Source: Arenicellales bacterium (GTDB lineage Bacteria > Pseudomonadota > Gammaproteobacteria > BMS3Bbin11). Taken from it: a DNA stretch of 64,000 nt. The DNA lies in NCBI GenBank assembly GCA_029287915.1, contig JARFQE010000125.1:18114-82113 (forward strand). Reading direction: 5' to 3'. The position numbers and the translations under genes were made by a program. Positions 8,577 through 18,640 of the stretch are shown piece after piece; within the stretch, counting starts at the first letter, position 1; the number at the start of each line of letters is the position of its first letter. The notes under the pieces were generated by a model. That model saw only the letters and a program-made list of their open reading frames with translations, was not told the origin of the DNA and ran no database searches.

Positions 8577-9998
8577 TTACGCCGATTCGCTTGTACCCCA
8601 GGCCTGTACTTTACGTTCCAGCGTCTTGCGCGACACACCAAGCAACCTGGCAGCCGCTGACTTGTTGCCACCCTCCCTGTCCAGGACTTTTAGAATATGA
8701 CGCTTCTCGACCGCTTCCAGCAGCATTGAATCAGCATCATCTTCTGTCACTGTTTGCTGCCCGTTGGCAGAAATACCACGCAGGCACTGTTCGGGAGTCT
8801 GATCCAGCAGCAGACAACGCTCAATCACATTTTTTAATTCACGGACGTTGCCCGGCCAGTTGTAACTGCGTAACTGAGCCAGTTCCCGATCCCTTATCTG
8901 ATGCGGTGGCACACCCATATCGGCAGATAGTTTCTGCATGAAAAACTCTACCAGGTCCGGGATATCATCAGGGCGTTCACGCAAGGTAGGCATGCGCACA
9001 GTAACAACATTCAGCCGATAGAACAGGTCCTCACGAAAATTACCTTTCTCGACCTCGTCTCCCAGCGCTCTGTTGGTCGCGGCAATTACGCGAACATCAA
9101 CCGGTATCTCACGGTTGGATCCTACCGGCCGGATTGACTGCTGTTCCAGAACCCGTAGTAGATGAACCTGCATGGAAAGCGGCATTTCACCAATTTCATC
9201 GAGAAACAGCGTACCATTACTGGCATAGTTGAATAATCCTTCGCGCCCCTGGTGAGCTCCAGTGAATGCTCCCTTGACGTGACCAAACAATTCACTTTCC
9301 AATAACTCGGCCGACATCGCGCCGCAATTGATCGGCACGAAGCTGCCGCTGCGTCCACTCCATGCATGGATCGCCCTCGCTGCCAGCTCCTTGCCGGTCC
9401 CTGATTCTCCTTCAATAAGCACTGTCGTTGGCATGGGTGCGATGCGCTTAATCACTTCACAGACATTTTTCATAGTCTGGCACTGTCCAACGATACCGCT
9501 GTCATAAAAATGATCAACCTGGCGACGCAGGACGACATTTTCCCTCTGTATACGCTGACTCTGCATGCAGCGCGCAACGGCTGCCATGATCTGATCCGTG
9601 CGAAATGGCTTCTGGATCAGATCCACAGCTCCGGCGCGCAATGCATCGATAGCGGTATCCACTGTGGCCTGGGCCGTGATAAAGATAAGCGAGGTACTGC
9701 TGCCCAGTCCGAGTAGCTTTGTTACCCATGCCAGTCCGGATTGGCCAGGCAAGTGCAGATCAGCAATGATAAGGTCGAAATTACAGCGCTCGGCAAGTGC
9801 CTGCGCTGTATTCACGTCAGCAGCCAGTTCAACCAAGCCGAAGTGTTTCTCCATACCATTGCACAGAAAGTTCCGGGTGTCCGCGTCTGCATCGATAATC
9901 AGCACAGAATTTTGTTTCAGCGACAATCCCTGTGAGTCGCCACTTAACGTTGTCTGCGTAACGCTAAATTCATCATTCTTGAAAGCTTGTTCGGCCAT
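8577..9998 (-). CDS. sigma-54-dependent response regulator (NtrC family enhancer-binding protein: REC-AAA+-HTH)
   Basis: 473 aa. Receiver domain (VLIIDADADTRNF...DLIIADLHLPGQSG), Walker A GESGTGKE, GAFTGA sigma-54 contact motif, ESELFGH, C-terminal Fis-type HTH. No histidine kinase is adjacent. Confidence 0.9.
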   Translation of the reverse strand: MAEQAFKNDEFSVTQTTLSGDSQGLSLKQNSVLIIDADADTRNFLCNGMEKHFGLVELAADVNTAQALAERCNFDLIIADLHLPGQSGLAWVTKLLGLGSSTSLIFITAQATVDTAIDALRAGAVDLIQKPFRTDQIMAAVARCMQSQRIQRENVVLRRQVDHFYDSGIVGQCQTMKNVCEVIKRIAPMPTTVLIEGESGTGKELAARAIHAWSGRSGSFVPINCGAMSAELLESELFGHVKGAFTGAHQGREGLFNYASNGTLFLDEIGEMPLSMQVHLLRVLEQQSIRPVGSNREIPVDVRVIAATNRALGDEVEKGNFREDLFYRLNVVTVRMPTLRERPDDIPDLVEFFMQKLSADMGVPPHQIRDRELAQLRSYNWPGNVRELKNVIERCLLLDQTPEQCLRGISANGQQTVTEDDADSMLLEAVEKRHILKVLDREGGNKSAAARLLGVSRKTLERKVQAWGTSESA

Positions 9999-10253
9999 TA
10001 ATCATATCCTTATTGGTCTCTTTTTATAGTTTTAATGGGAAAATTATCGTTATTTATCGTTAATAGACAACCCGCAACTTAACACATACGCGGCATTAAA
10101 CAATATAGTGTGACTAAATGTACCAATGGTTGACATGTTTTTGCGACATTTTTTCCCACACCATCAATGACTGTATAGCGAAACTCGGCCACCATTTTTT
10201 GTTGTCCCTGTGAATTGCTGTGGTCGTCGAAATGTCACATAGAAATCGGCTTG

Positions 10254-10270
10254 CTGGCATTATTCTTGCT
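10254..10270 (+). promoter_or_regulatory. Putative sigma-54 -24/-12 promoter upstream of tupA
   Basis: CTGGCAT-tattc-TTGCT has GG and GC at the canonical 12-nt spacing. It is 64 nt upstream of the tupA start and divergent from the NtrC-type activator gene. Confidence 0.5.
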
Positions 10271-10333
10271 GCTATGAATTAAAGCTGAGCAAAAATGATT
10301 CACCACACACAATAAACATCAAAGGAACCCAGG

Positions 10334-11203
10334 ATGCGATTCACCCGTCTGTTAAAAGTCTGCCTGCTGTTTATCAGTCTAAAACTCTCATTTGCTGCCA
10401 TCGCTGCAGAAGCTGGCAACGACCATGTATTAAAACTCGCCACCACAACAAGCACCGAAAACTCGGGACTGCTGCGTCACCTGTTGCCGGTATTTGAACG
10501 CGATACGGGTTACAAGGTACATGTCATCGCGGTAGGTACCGGCAAGGCACTGCGCATGGGGCGTGACGGCGATGTCGATGTCGTTCTGGTACACGCCCCC
10601 GCGGCTGAACAGAAATTCGTCGATGACGGGCATGGCGTGAAGCGCGTCGGTGTCATGTACAATGACTTTGTTATAGTCGGTCCGGTAGATGACCCGGCAG
10701 CCGCCGGCAACAGCAGCAGCGGCAATGAAGCGCTGAGCAGAATTGCAAAAAAAAAGGCAGTTTTTATCTCAAGGGGTGACGATTCGGGGACCAATAAAAA
10801 AGAACTGTCATTATGGAGAGAGGCCGGCATCAGACCACAGGAACCATGGTATCGAGAAGCCGGACAGGGTATGGGCAAGGTTCTGCAAATGGCAGGAGAA
10901 CTTTCAGCCTATACCCTCACTGACCGTGGGACCTGGCTGGCATTCATGAATAAATCACCATTACGTATTGTTTACCAGGACGACCCAGTGCTGTTCAACC
11001 CCTACGGTATCATCGCGGTCAACCCGGCACGTTATCCGGATATAAACTACACCGGCGCCCAGGCACTGATAAAGTGGATCACTTCACCGGCTGGCCAACT
11101 TTTAATAGGCAACTACACCGTTGCGGATTCGCTGCTATTCACCCCATCAGCCGATACGGGTCACCTGGCCAGTGAATATTCTGCTGCCGGCAAGACTGAA
11201 TAA
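10334..11203 (+). CDS. tupA: Tungstate ABC transporter substrate-binding protein TupA
   Basis: 289 aa, signal peptide, TTTSTENSGLL anion-binding motif characteristic of TupA rather than ModA. Confidence 0.8.
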   Translation: MRFTRLLKVCLLFISLKLSFAAIAAEAGNDHVLKLATTTSTENSGLLRHLLPVFERDTGYKVHVIAVGTGKALRMGRDGDVDVVLVHAPAAEQKFVDDGHGVKRVGVMYNDFVIVGPVDDPAAAGNSSSGNEALSRIAKKKAVFISRGDDSGTNKKELSLWREAGIRPQEPWYREAGQGMGKVLQMAGELSAYTLTDRGTWLAFMNKSPLRIVYQDDPVLFNPYGIIAVNPARYPDINYTGAQALIKWITSPAGQLLIGNYTVADSLLFTPSADTGHLASEYSAAGKTE

Positions 11204-11226
11204 AGCGGCAATTATCGGCACTCACT

Positions 11227-11928
11227 ATGTCTTCACTGAGCGGTGCAACCCTTGATGCTATAAGCCTTCTGGCAGGAGGCGATGCCCAGCTATGGGGAAT
11301 CATCGGTATTTCATTTCGCGTATCCACAACAGCAATTTTGATTGCCATCCCGCCATCGCTTTTGATTGCCTTCTTGCTTGCCTATGGCCGTTTTCCCGGA
11401 CGACGGCTGCTAATTTCGGTGTTCAGCACTCTGCTCTCGCTACCTGCAGTGGTGGTCGGACTGACGCTATACCTGGTATTGTCCAGGCATGGCCCGCTGG
11501 GTGACTGGAGACTTCTATTCTCCCAGACTGCCATGGTGATGGGTCAAATTGTGCTCTGTGTACCGATCCTGGTTGCCATGGGACATTCAGCTTTGCAGGC
11601 CGCTGACCGACGTGCATGGGAGACGGCCAGAACACTCGGTGCCGGCCCACTGCGCGCTGTACTGACTGTGATGCATGAAGTTCGCTTCGGACTGTTTGCC
11701 GCTCTACTGGCCGCTTATGGTCGCATCATTGCCGAGGTAGGCGCCTCGATGATGCTGGGTGGCAATATCCTTAACTACACCCGCAACATCCCAACCGCGA
11801 TTGCACTGGAAACCAGCAAGGGTGAATTCGCTCAGGGCATCGCACTCGGCATTGTCCTGCTGGTACTGGCGTTCATCCTCAATGGCTTGTTGCATTACCT
11901 GCAGGGCAAGGGACGTTTTGCTGTATGA
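11227..11928 (+). CDS. tupB: Tungstate ABC transporter permease TupB
   Basis: 233 aa multi-TM permease with ABC EAA-like loop; overlaps tupC start. Confidence 0.8.
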   Translation: MSSLSGATLDAISLLAGGDAQLWGIIGISFRVSTTAILIAIPPSLLIAFLLAYGRFPGRRLLISVFSTLLSLPAVVVGLTLYLVLSRHGPLGDWRLLFSQTAMVMGQIVLCVPILVAMGHSALQAADRRAWETARTLGAGPLRAVLTVMHEVRFGLFAALLAAYGRIIAEVGASMMLGGNILNYTRNIPTAIALETSKGEFAQGIALGIVLLVLAFILNGLLHYLQGKGRFAV

Positions 11929-12650
11929 GTTCGATGCTCAACCTCCAGTTCAATAATCTGTGCAAACGTTATCGTCGGCGTACTATTCTCGTTAATCTCG
12001 ATATCACCCTGCGGGATGGAGAATGCACACTGCTTTGCGGCTCCAATGGTGCCGGCAAAACAACCCTGTTGAGGATTATGGCCGGGCTCGAGAAACCGGA
12101 TCTGGGAACCATTGATTTCGGCTTCGGGCAAATGAAATGGCGGCGCTGCAAAAAGACTCTGCAGGAGAAGATCATGTACCTGCATCAACAGCCCTATATG
12201 TTCGATACAAGTGTCAGGAAGAACCTCGCTTATGCGCTGCCATCTGGTCTGAGCAATGCAGAGTGCAGTCAGCGTATCGATGAGGCATTGGAGTGGGCTG
12301 ACCTCAGGCGCCTGGCAACGGCCCCGGCAACAAACCTGTCAGGCGGTGAAGCGCAACGGGTTGCGCTGGCTCGGGCATGGCTGCGCATCCCACTGGTATT
12401 GCTGCTGGATGAGCCAATGGCCAACATGGACCAGGAATCCCGCCTGCGCACACACAATCTGCTGCGCCAACTAAAGGATCAGGGCATGGCGATCATCATC
12501 ACAAGCCATGACACAATGCAGTTCCAGTCACTATCGGACAGGCAATTAATACTCAAGGATGGCAAAATATCCATAGAACTCTCAACTAACCAGGCAGAGA
12601 ATGTAACGGCATTTCCGCTCGCTCAGACTTCCCTGCACGATACTGCATGA
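11925..12650 (+). CDS. tupC: Tungstate ABC transporter ATP-binding protein TupC
   Basis: 241 aa. Walker A GSNGAGKTT, signature LSGGEAQRVALARA, Walker B LLLDEP. It has no C-terminal TOBE domain, so it is TupC-type rather than ModC-type. Confidence 0.8.
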   Translation: MSSMLNLQFNNLCKRYRRRTILVNLDITLRDGECTLLCGSNGAGKTTLLRIMAGLEKPDLGTIDFGFGQMKWRRCKKTLQEKIMYLHQQPYMFDTSVRKNLAYALPSGLSNAECSQRIDEALEWADLRRLATAPATNLSGGEAQRVALARAWLRIPLVLLLDEPMANMDQESRLRTHNLLRQLKDQGMAIIITSHDTMQFQSLSDRQLILKDGKISIELSTNQAENVTAFPLAQTSLHDTA

Positions 12651-13252
12651 TAACGCCTGAAAAAAACAACATTACCGCCGTCATCCTGGCGGGTGGCCGT
12701 GGCAGTCGCCTCGGTGGCCAGGACAAGGGTATGCTGGAGCTCAATGGTAGACCATTGATTGAGCATATCCTTGATGCAGTCAAACCACAGGTTAAGACCG
12801 TCATTATCAATGCGAATCGCAACCATCAATTCTACGCTGGTTATGGTTACCCGGTGGTCAGCGATGACATGACAAATTTCCAGGGCCCATTGGCTGGTTT
12901 TGCCGCCGCGCTCTCCGCATGCAATACTAGTTTCGTCATGACCCTTCCCTGTGATGGCCCATCTGTACCGGTAGATCTTGCAGCTCGATTGTGCAAGGCA
13001 ATTATTGATAATGAAGCCGAATTAGCTGTTGCTCACGATGGTAAACGTTTGCAGCCAGTATACGCGTTAATACCACGCTCTTTACTTGCCAGCCTGCTGA
13101 CATTTCTCAATGCAGGTGATCGTAAGATAGACCTCTGGTATTCACAACATAAAGTAGCACTGGCAGATTTTTCCGATGTTATGAATAGCTTTTTCAATAT
13201 CAACACCGAAAAGGATCGTCGCCTGGCCACCAAACAAGAAATATCAGCATGA
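12647..13252 (+). CDS. mobA: Molybdenum cofactor guanylyltransferase MobA
   Basis: 201 aa, AVILAGGRGSRLGGQDKGML...LPCDGP; overlapping start/stop with neighbours. Confidence 0.9.
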   Translation: MITPEKNNITAVILAGGRGSRLGGQDKGMLELNGRPLIEHILDAVKPQVKTVIINANRNHQFYAGYGYPVVSDDMTNFQGPLAGFAAALSACNTSFVMTLPCDGPSVPVDLAARLCKAIIDNEAELAVAHDGKRLQPVYALIPRSLLASLLTFLNAGDRKIDLWYSQHKVALADFSDVMNSFFNINTEKDRRLATKQEISA

Positions 13253-13812
13253 GTAAGATATCAGCACCCATAGTGGGATTTTGCGCCTGGAGTGGCACAG
13301 GCAAGACGACTTTGCTAGCCCAGCTAATACCAATACTGGTCGCGCAGGGTCTAAGGATCGCTGTCGTCAAACATGCTCATCATGATTTTGATATCGATCA
13401 TCCCGGCAAGGACAGCTTTGAACTACGCAAAGCCGGTGCCAGCCAGATGCTGATTACATCGCGCAAACGTATGGCGGTAATTACCGAATTCGAACAACAT
13501 CGTGCAGAACCTTCACTCTATGATGCGCTTGAACGGATCAATATGCAGGAGTCTGATCTTGTCCTGGTAGAAGGATTCAAACACGAACCAATTAAAAAAA
13601 TTGAACTACACCGTGCAGAACTTAAAAAACCATTAATGTTTCCTGATGACCCAAATATTATTGCAATCGCCAGCGACCAGGCAATCATTGAAAACAGGAG
13701 TACGCTGCCACAACTGAACCTCAATAAACCGCAGCAAATAGCACAATTTATTGTAGACAATATCCTTGCAACAGAATCCTCTTTGACGTCATCAGGAGTC
13801 TGTCTACCGTGA
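13249..13812 (+). CDS. mobB: Molybdopterin-guanine dinucleotide biosynthesis adaptor MobB
   Basis: 187 aa, P-loop GFCAWSGTGKTTLL, VKHAHH motif. Confidence 0.9.
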   Translation: MSKISAPIVGFCAWSGTGKTTLLAQLIPILVAQGLRIAVVKHAHHDFDIDHPGKDSFELRKAGASQMLITSRKRMAVITEFEQHRAEPSLYDALERINMQESDLVLVEGFKHEPIKKIELHRAELKKPLMFPDDPNIIAIASDQAIIENRSTLPQLNLNKPQQIAQFIVDNILATESSLTSSGVCLP

Positions 13813-15077
13813 GCAATGTTATTAGATCCGTATCCTGTTGCGATGACTTGGCGGAAGCTGACACACTAACTGTTGATGAAGCACGCCGGCAAATTATTGA
13901 TAAAATTAATCCCATTACCAGTAGTGAAAAACTCAGCTTGCGAAATGCTCTCAGCAGAATACTGGCAGAGGATATCATTTCACCATTGGATGTACCGGGC
14001 CATACCAACTCTGCGATGGATGGTTATGCAGTGTCAGGTAATGACCTGCCACAGTCTGGTGAGCAGATTTACCAGGTTATTGGCAAGTCCCTAGCCGGTG
14101 CTCCATTTAACGGTAATTGCAATGCAGGCCAGTGTGTCCGCATCATGACCGGAGCAGTGATGCCGGATGGAACCGATACCGTCATCATGCAGGAACATGT
14201 AGCAGCAACTGCAACAGATACAGTGCAAATTGGTGACGGCCACCGCCCCGGGCAGAATGTTCGCCAGGCAGGTGAAGATATTTCAGCAGGTGGAACTGTA
14301 TTACAGACATCACACAAACTGACACCTGCTGACCTCGGTATCCTGTCGTCTTTAGGGATAGGCGAAGTCAAGGTGCGCCGGCGTCCACGTGTAGCATTCT
14401 TCTCCACCGGAGATGAGCTGCGTTCGATCGGTGAGTCGCTTGCGGAAGGCGATGTGTATGACAGCAATCGATATAGCCTGTATGGAATGCTTAAACGGCT
14501 GGACGTTGAAATACTGGACATGGGCGTCGTCAAAGATGACATCGATGAATTGAGAAATGCTTTTTCAAACGCTGCCTCAATGGCTGACGTAGTGATCACT
14601 TCCGGTGGTGTATCAGTCGGAGAGGCCGACTATATAAAACCCATTCTTGAACAGACAGGTGAAATAAATTTCTGGAAAATCGCCATGAAACCTGGGCGGC
14701 CACTGACCCATGGCCGGATAGGCAACAGCCTGTTCTTCGGCCTGCCCGGAAATCCAGTAGCAGTAATGGTCACCTTTTACCAGTTTGTTCAACCTGCACT
14801 GAATTATCTGGCTAGCGGCACAGAAAGCCTGCCATGGACCATGCTGGCTACCAGCAGCAATAATATTAACAAGCGCCCCGGCCGTTACGAGTTCCAGCGT
14901 GGAATACTCGAACAGGGTGCTGGAGGTCAGCTGACAGTCAGAAAAACCGGTCAGCAGGGCTCAGGTGTTCTGACCTCGATGAGTCGTGCCAACTGCTTCA
15001 TTTTATTACCAGAAAATTGTGATGGAGTCTCGGCTGGTGATGAGGTTCGTGTACAGCTGTTTGACACCTTTATCTGA
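13809..15077 (+). CDS. moeA: Molybdopterin molybdotransferase MoeA
   Basis: 422 aa, SGGVSVGEADY and GLPGNPVA motifs, MoeA N/C domain layout. Confidence 0.9.
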   Translation: MSNVIRSVSCCDDLAEADTLTVDEARRQIIDKINPITSSEKLSLRNALSRILAEDIISPLDVPGHTNSAMDGYAVSGNDLPQSGEQIYQVIGKSLAGAPFNGNCNAGQCVRIMTGAVMPDGTDTVIMQEHVAATATDTVQIGDGHRPGQNVRQAGEDISAGGTVLQTSHKLTPADLGILSSLGIGEVKVRRRPRVAFFSTGDELRSIGESLAEGDVYDSNRYSLYGMLKRLDVEILDMGVVKDDIDELRNAFSNAASMADVVITSGGVSVGEADYIKPILEQTGEINFWKIAMKPGRPLTHGRIGNSLFFGLPGNPVAVMVTFYQFVQPALNYLASGTESLPWTMLATSSNNINKRPGRYEFQRGILEQGAGGQLTVRKTGQQGSGVLTSMSRANCFILLPENCDGVSAGDEVRVQLFDTFI

Positions 15078-15436
15078 TTTAACTGAATACCAGCAATTCC
15101 GTTTCCCTGTATGACAAGCTATATGTTAGTTATAAATTGCGACTGCATGTAAGCTCTGTGCAAAATAATAAAATCCGCCAGCAGTATCAATCATACAGGC
15201 CGGGCAATTATCAGCTCACTCCATTGACCAGTGTGTTCTCTGATGCGTATCTGACAGACATCATGAGAGCGCTGAAAGATATACCTATCTGATATCTAAC
15301 CTCTAATTTGTATGGGTTAGCATTGAATGGCTTTATAAGGACAGTCTATAGCAGTAAAATACAGGTATATTCGTTGTATCATGACTGCGAATAGCCACCC
15401 GGCAGAAGCCTCTACCCATGAAACCGGTACAGCATT

Positions 15437-15727
15437 ATGAGCAAGAAAGACATCAGCAAGGAAGAAGAAATTCTACAACTGGTAAAAAACACCCTGACAA
15501 CCATCGCCAGGGATACCTATACCCCACCCGAACTATCTCATCCACTGTCGAGTGATACCATAAACCAGATAAGAAACTGTTTTTCAGTAATCACCCAACG
15601 TCAGCAGGAACTGGCACGCGCACGAGGCGAAGAATTCAACGATCGTCCGCATTTTATCGATGAAACTAACGATAGCTTTGTTATCTCCCTTGATGACTTC
15701 CGTGGGCCGGCCAAAAAGGAGGACTGA
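15437..15727 (+). CDS. Hypothetical small protein (96 aa)
   Basis: ORF with an SD-like region upstream, 2 nt from the next ORF. No recognisable motif. Confidence 0.4.
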   Translation: MSKKDISKEEEILQLVKNTLTTIARDTYTPPELSHPLSSDTINQIRNCFSVITQRQQELARARGEEFNDRPHFIDETNDSFVISLDDFRGPAKKED

Positions 15728-15729
15728 TC

Positions 15730-15969
15730 ATGCCATATTATATATATCGCATATCGGAATCTGCCGGTGCTGTTGTCAAAAATCTGGAATTACTGGCAAC
15801 TTTCGACAAATATCGTGATGCCAAGCAACTCGCTAAAAAAACCCGCAGTGAGATGGGCACCAGCGAGGCAGCACAAATTAAAGTCATGTTTGCAGAAAAT
15901 GAATTGGCTGCTGAAGAACAATTGCTCGAAAAGCGTGAAAAGCCTGTCGTCATGGAATGGGAGAAATAA
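15730..15969 (+). CDS. Hypothetical small protein (79 aa)
   Basis: Tightly coupled to the previous ORF; charged helical protein; no recognisable motif. Confidence 0.4.
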   Translation: MPYYIYRISESAGAVVKNLELLATFDKYRDAKQLAKKTRSEMGTSEAAQIKVMFAENELAAEEQLLEKREKPVVMEWEK

Positions 15970-16015
15970 CTGCTTGCCTTAAGGCGTCAGGCCTGAAGAA
16001 GACTAAACGTTCGTC

Positions 16016-18130
16016 ATGAACACCGCCAAAGACCTTTTTTCCTATCGTAAAAACTGGGCACATCGCTTCGGGCCTGCACCTGTATTGCCCATGTCCCGAA
16101 AGGAAATGGACGAACTGGGCTGGGATGTCTGTGATGTCATTATTGTTACCGGCGATGCCTATGTCGACCATCCCAGTTTTGGCATGGCGCTGATAGGACG
16201 CGTACTGGAATCACAGGGTTTCCGCGTCGGGATTATCGCGCAGCCTGACTGGAAAAGCGCAGATGCCTTCAAGGAACTAGGTAGACCCCGGCTATTTTTT
16301 GGCATCACTGCGGGCAATATGGATTCCATGGTCAACCGATATACTTCTGACCGCCGCCTGCGTCATGATGATGCATATAGCCCGGATGGTAAGGGAGGCT
16401 TGCGCCCTGACCGTTCGGTCCTGGTTTATGCGCAGCGTGCAAGAGAAGCCTTCAGTGATGTTCCTGTAATAATTGGCGGCATTGAAGCCAGCCTTCGGCG
16501 TATTGCTCATTATGATTACTGGTCTGACAAAGTTCGTCGCTCCTGCCTGCCTGATTCTAAGGCTGACATGCTATTGTTCGGGAATGCTGAACGCGCAATC
16601 GTAGAGATCGCCCATCGACTCGCTGCGAATGAAAAGATAAAAGATATTACCAATGTGCGTGGCACGGCATTTATGACTACAGACATAGCGGATAGCTGGA
16701 CAATTGTTGATTCGACTGATGTTGATCAACCGCGGTGCTATCAGAAACAGGCAGATCCTCATTATGATCCATACACCAGCAAACCCGATTGCTCACAGCA
16801 ATCAGATAGCGCTGAAAAATCGAACCGGCAAGTCGTCACGCTGCATACCCGCCCGCGTGGACTGGATCGCACTCACACTGTTATACGCCTGCCATCTTAT
16901 GAAAAAGTAAAATCTGACAAGGTGCTGTATGCCCACGCCTCTCGAGTGTTCCACCTCGAGACCAATCCGGGCAATGCCAGGTCACTCGTGCAGCGCCATG
17001 GTAATCGCGATGTGTGGTTAAACCCACCGCCGATACCGATGACGACAGAGGAACTTGATCATATTTATGAGCTGCCTTATAGCAGGAAACCGCACCCGAC
17101 CTATGGTGATGCAAAGATGCCTGCCTGGGAAATGATACGCTTCTCAATCAATATTATGCGTGGCTGTTTTGGAGGTTGTACATTTTGCTCGATAACGGAA
17201 CACGAAGGGCGAATAATCCAGAACCGTTCGGAGAAATCCATCCTCAATGAGATAGAAACCATTCGGGACCATGTCCCAGGCTTTACCGGCAACATCTCGG
17301 ATCTCGGTGGCCCAACCGCGAACATGTGGCGGCTCAAATGCAAAGACCCGAACATAGAGTCGTCCTGCAGGCGTCTGTCCTGTGTCTATCCGGGAATCTG
17401 TAAAAACCTTGATACCAACCACGAGCCGCTTATACAGCTATACAGGAAAGCGAGAAAACTGAAAGGGATAAAACGCATCTTTATTGCTTCAGGTCTGCGC
17501 TATGACCTTGCCATCCGTTCCAAAACCTACATCAAGGAACTTGCCACGCATCATGTTGGCGGTTATCTGAAGATAGCCCCGGAGCATATCGAAGAAGGAC
17601 CATTATCTAAAATGATGAAACCAGGTATTGGCACCTATGATCGCTTCAAACAACTATTCGACCAGTACTCAAGAGAAGCCGGCAAAGAACAGTACCTGAT
17701 TCCATACTTCATCTCTGCACACCCGGGCACCACTGATGAAGATATGTTAAATCTTGCTATCTGGTTGAAATCGAATAATTTCCGTCTTGATCAGGTGCAG
17801 GCCTTTCTGCCAACACCTCTCGCTATCGCTTCAGCAATGTACCACACGGAACGTAACCCGCTAAAGAAAGTAAGCCGTGAGTCAGAAAAAGTCAGAACGG
17901 TACGCGGCGCCCGCCAAAGACGTTTACATAAAGCCTTTCTTCGTTATCATGCACCGGAAAACTGGCCGATATTAAGACAGGCATTAAAACGTATGGGAAG
18001 AGCTGACTTGATTGGCAATGGAAAACGACACCTGGTTCCTTCATGGCAGCCTGGAGGGAAACATCGCATTCAGAAGGGGCCTTTACAGAAAAAGAAATTC
18101 ACACCTGCAAAAACACGTTTCACCAGATAG
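16016..18130 (+). CDS. ygiQ: YgiQ-family (UPF0313) radical SAM protein
   Basis: 704 aa. N-terminal [54 protein letters not shown] is diagnostic of YgiQ. It has the radical-SAM CxxxCxxC (CFGGCTFCS) and a basic C-terminal tail. Confidence 0.9.
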   Translation: MNTAKDLFSYRKNWAHRFGPAPVLPMSRKEMDELGWDVCDVIIVTGDAYVDHPSFGMALIGRVLESQGFRVGIIAQPDWKSADAFKELGRPRLFFGITAGNMDSMVNRYTSDRRLRHDDAYSPDGKGGLRPDRSVLVYAQRAREAFSDVPVIIGGIEASLRRIAHYDYWSDKVRRSCLPDSKADMLLFGNAERAIVEIAHRLAANEKIKDITNVRGTAFMTTDIADSWTIVDSTDVDQPRCYQKQADPHYDPYTSKPDCSQQSDSAEKSNRQVVTLHTRPRGLDRTHTVIRLPSYEKVKSDKVLYAHASRVFHLETNPGNARSLVQRHGNRDVWLNPPPIPMTTEELDHIYELPYSRKPHPTYGDAKMPAWEMIRFSINIMRGCFGGCTFCSITEHEGRIIQNRSEKSILNEIETIRDHVPGFTGNISDLGGPTANMWRLKCKDPNIESSCRRLSCVYPGICKNLDTNHEPLIQLYRKARKLKGIKRIFIASGLRYDLAIRSKTYIKELATHHVGGYLKIAPEHIEEGPLSKMMKPGIGTYDRFKQLFDQYSREAGKEQYLIPYFISAHPGTTDEDMLNLAIWLKSNNFRLDQVQAFLPTPLAIASAMYHTERNPLKKVSRESEKVRTVRGARQRRLHKAFLRYHAPENWPILRQALKRMGRADLIGNGKRHLVPSWQPGGKHRIQKGPLQKKKFTPAKTRFTR

Positions 18131-18144
18131 TTCCGGAATTCAAT

Positions 18145-18441
18145 TTATTTTTCCTGTACCAGCACCCATGGCACCACCACAACAGCCCACAATTCAGTTT
18201 CACATTCACTCCACCCGCGCGCATCATCGTCAGTCGTTTTTCTGAGCTCAGCTGTTTCCAGCAAGGCATCAATGACGATTTTATCATCATGAATCATGTG
18301 TGCGCCAACCTGCACAAGATCCTGCTCTGGAGACACAGTCAATAACACTCCGCGGGCAAAATGGCGTTCCAGTTCAGGCCACGAAATACGGGCTGTCTCG
18401 GCGTTTAATCTTACAGTTAATTGTTCGAGATTTTCTTTCAT
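18145..18441 (-). CDS. Hypothetical protein, DUF2288-like
   Basis: 98 aa soluble protein, convergent with ygiQ; family assignment is from memory only. Confidence 0.4.
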   Translation of the reverse strand: MKENLEQLTVRLNAETARISWPELERHFARGVLLTVSPEQDLVQVGAHMIHDDKIVIDALLETAELRKTTDDDARGWSECETELWAVVVVPWVLVQEK

Positions 18442-18640
18442 TTTTTATATTTTTTACATTCAAGTGACCGGTCAACTGCAGTAGCTGCACAGAAAAATAT
18501 ATTCATAGACTATCTGCGATAGACGGTAATAAAAATACGACTGGTGTAGCAATGTTTAATTATTCCTTAATTTCCAACTGTTAAATTTACCCTGAAGAAA
18601 ATGAATATAAGAACCAGCACACTGCCAGGAGAAATCGGTC

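Noticed and set aside
8507-9729. ORFs 8507..8941(+), 9122..9415(-), 9510..9716(+), 9514..9729(-), 9598..10029(+), 9741..9935(+)
   Set aside because: All are embedded in or antisense to the well-supported sigma-54 activator gene; no motifs.
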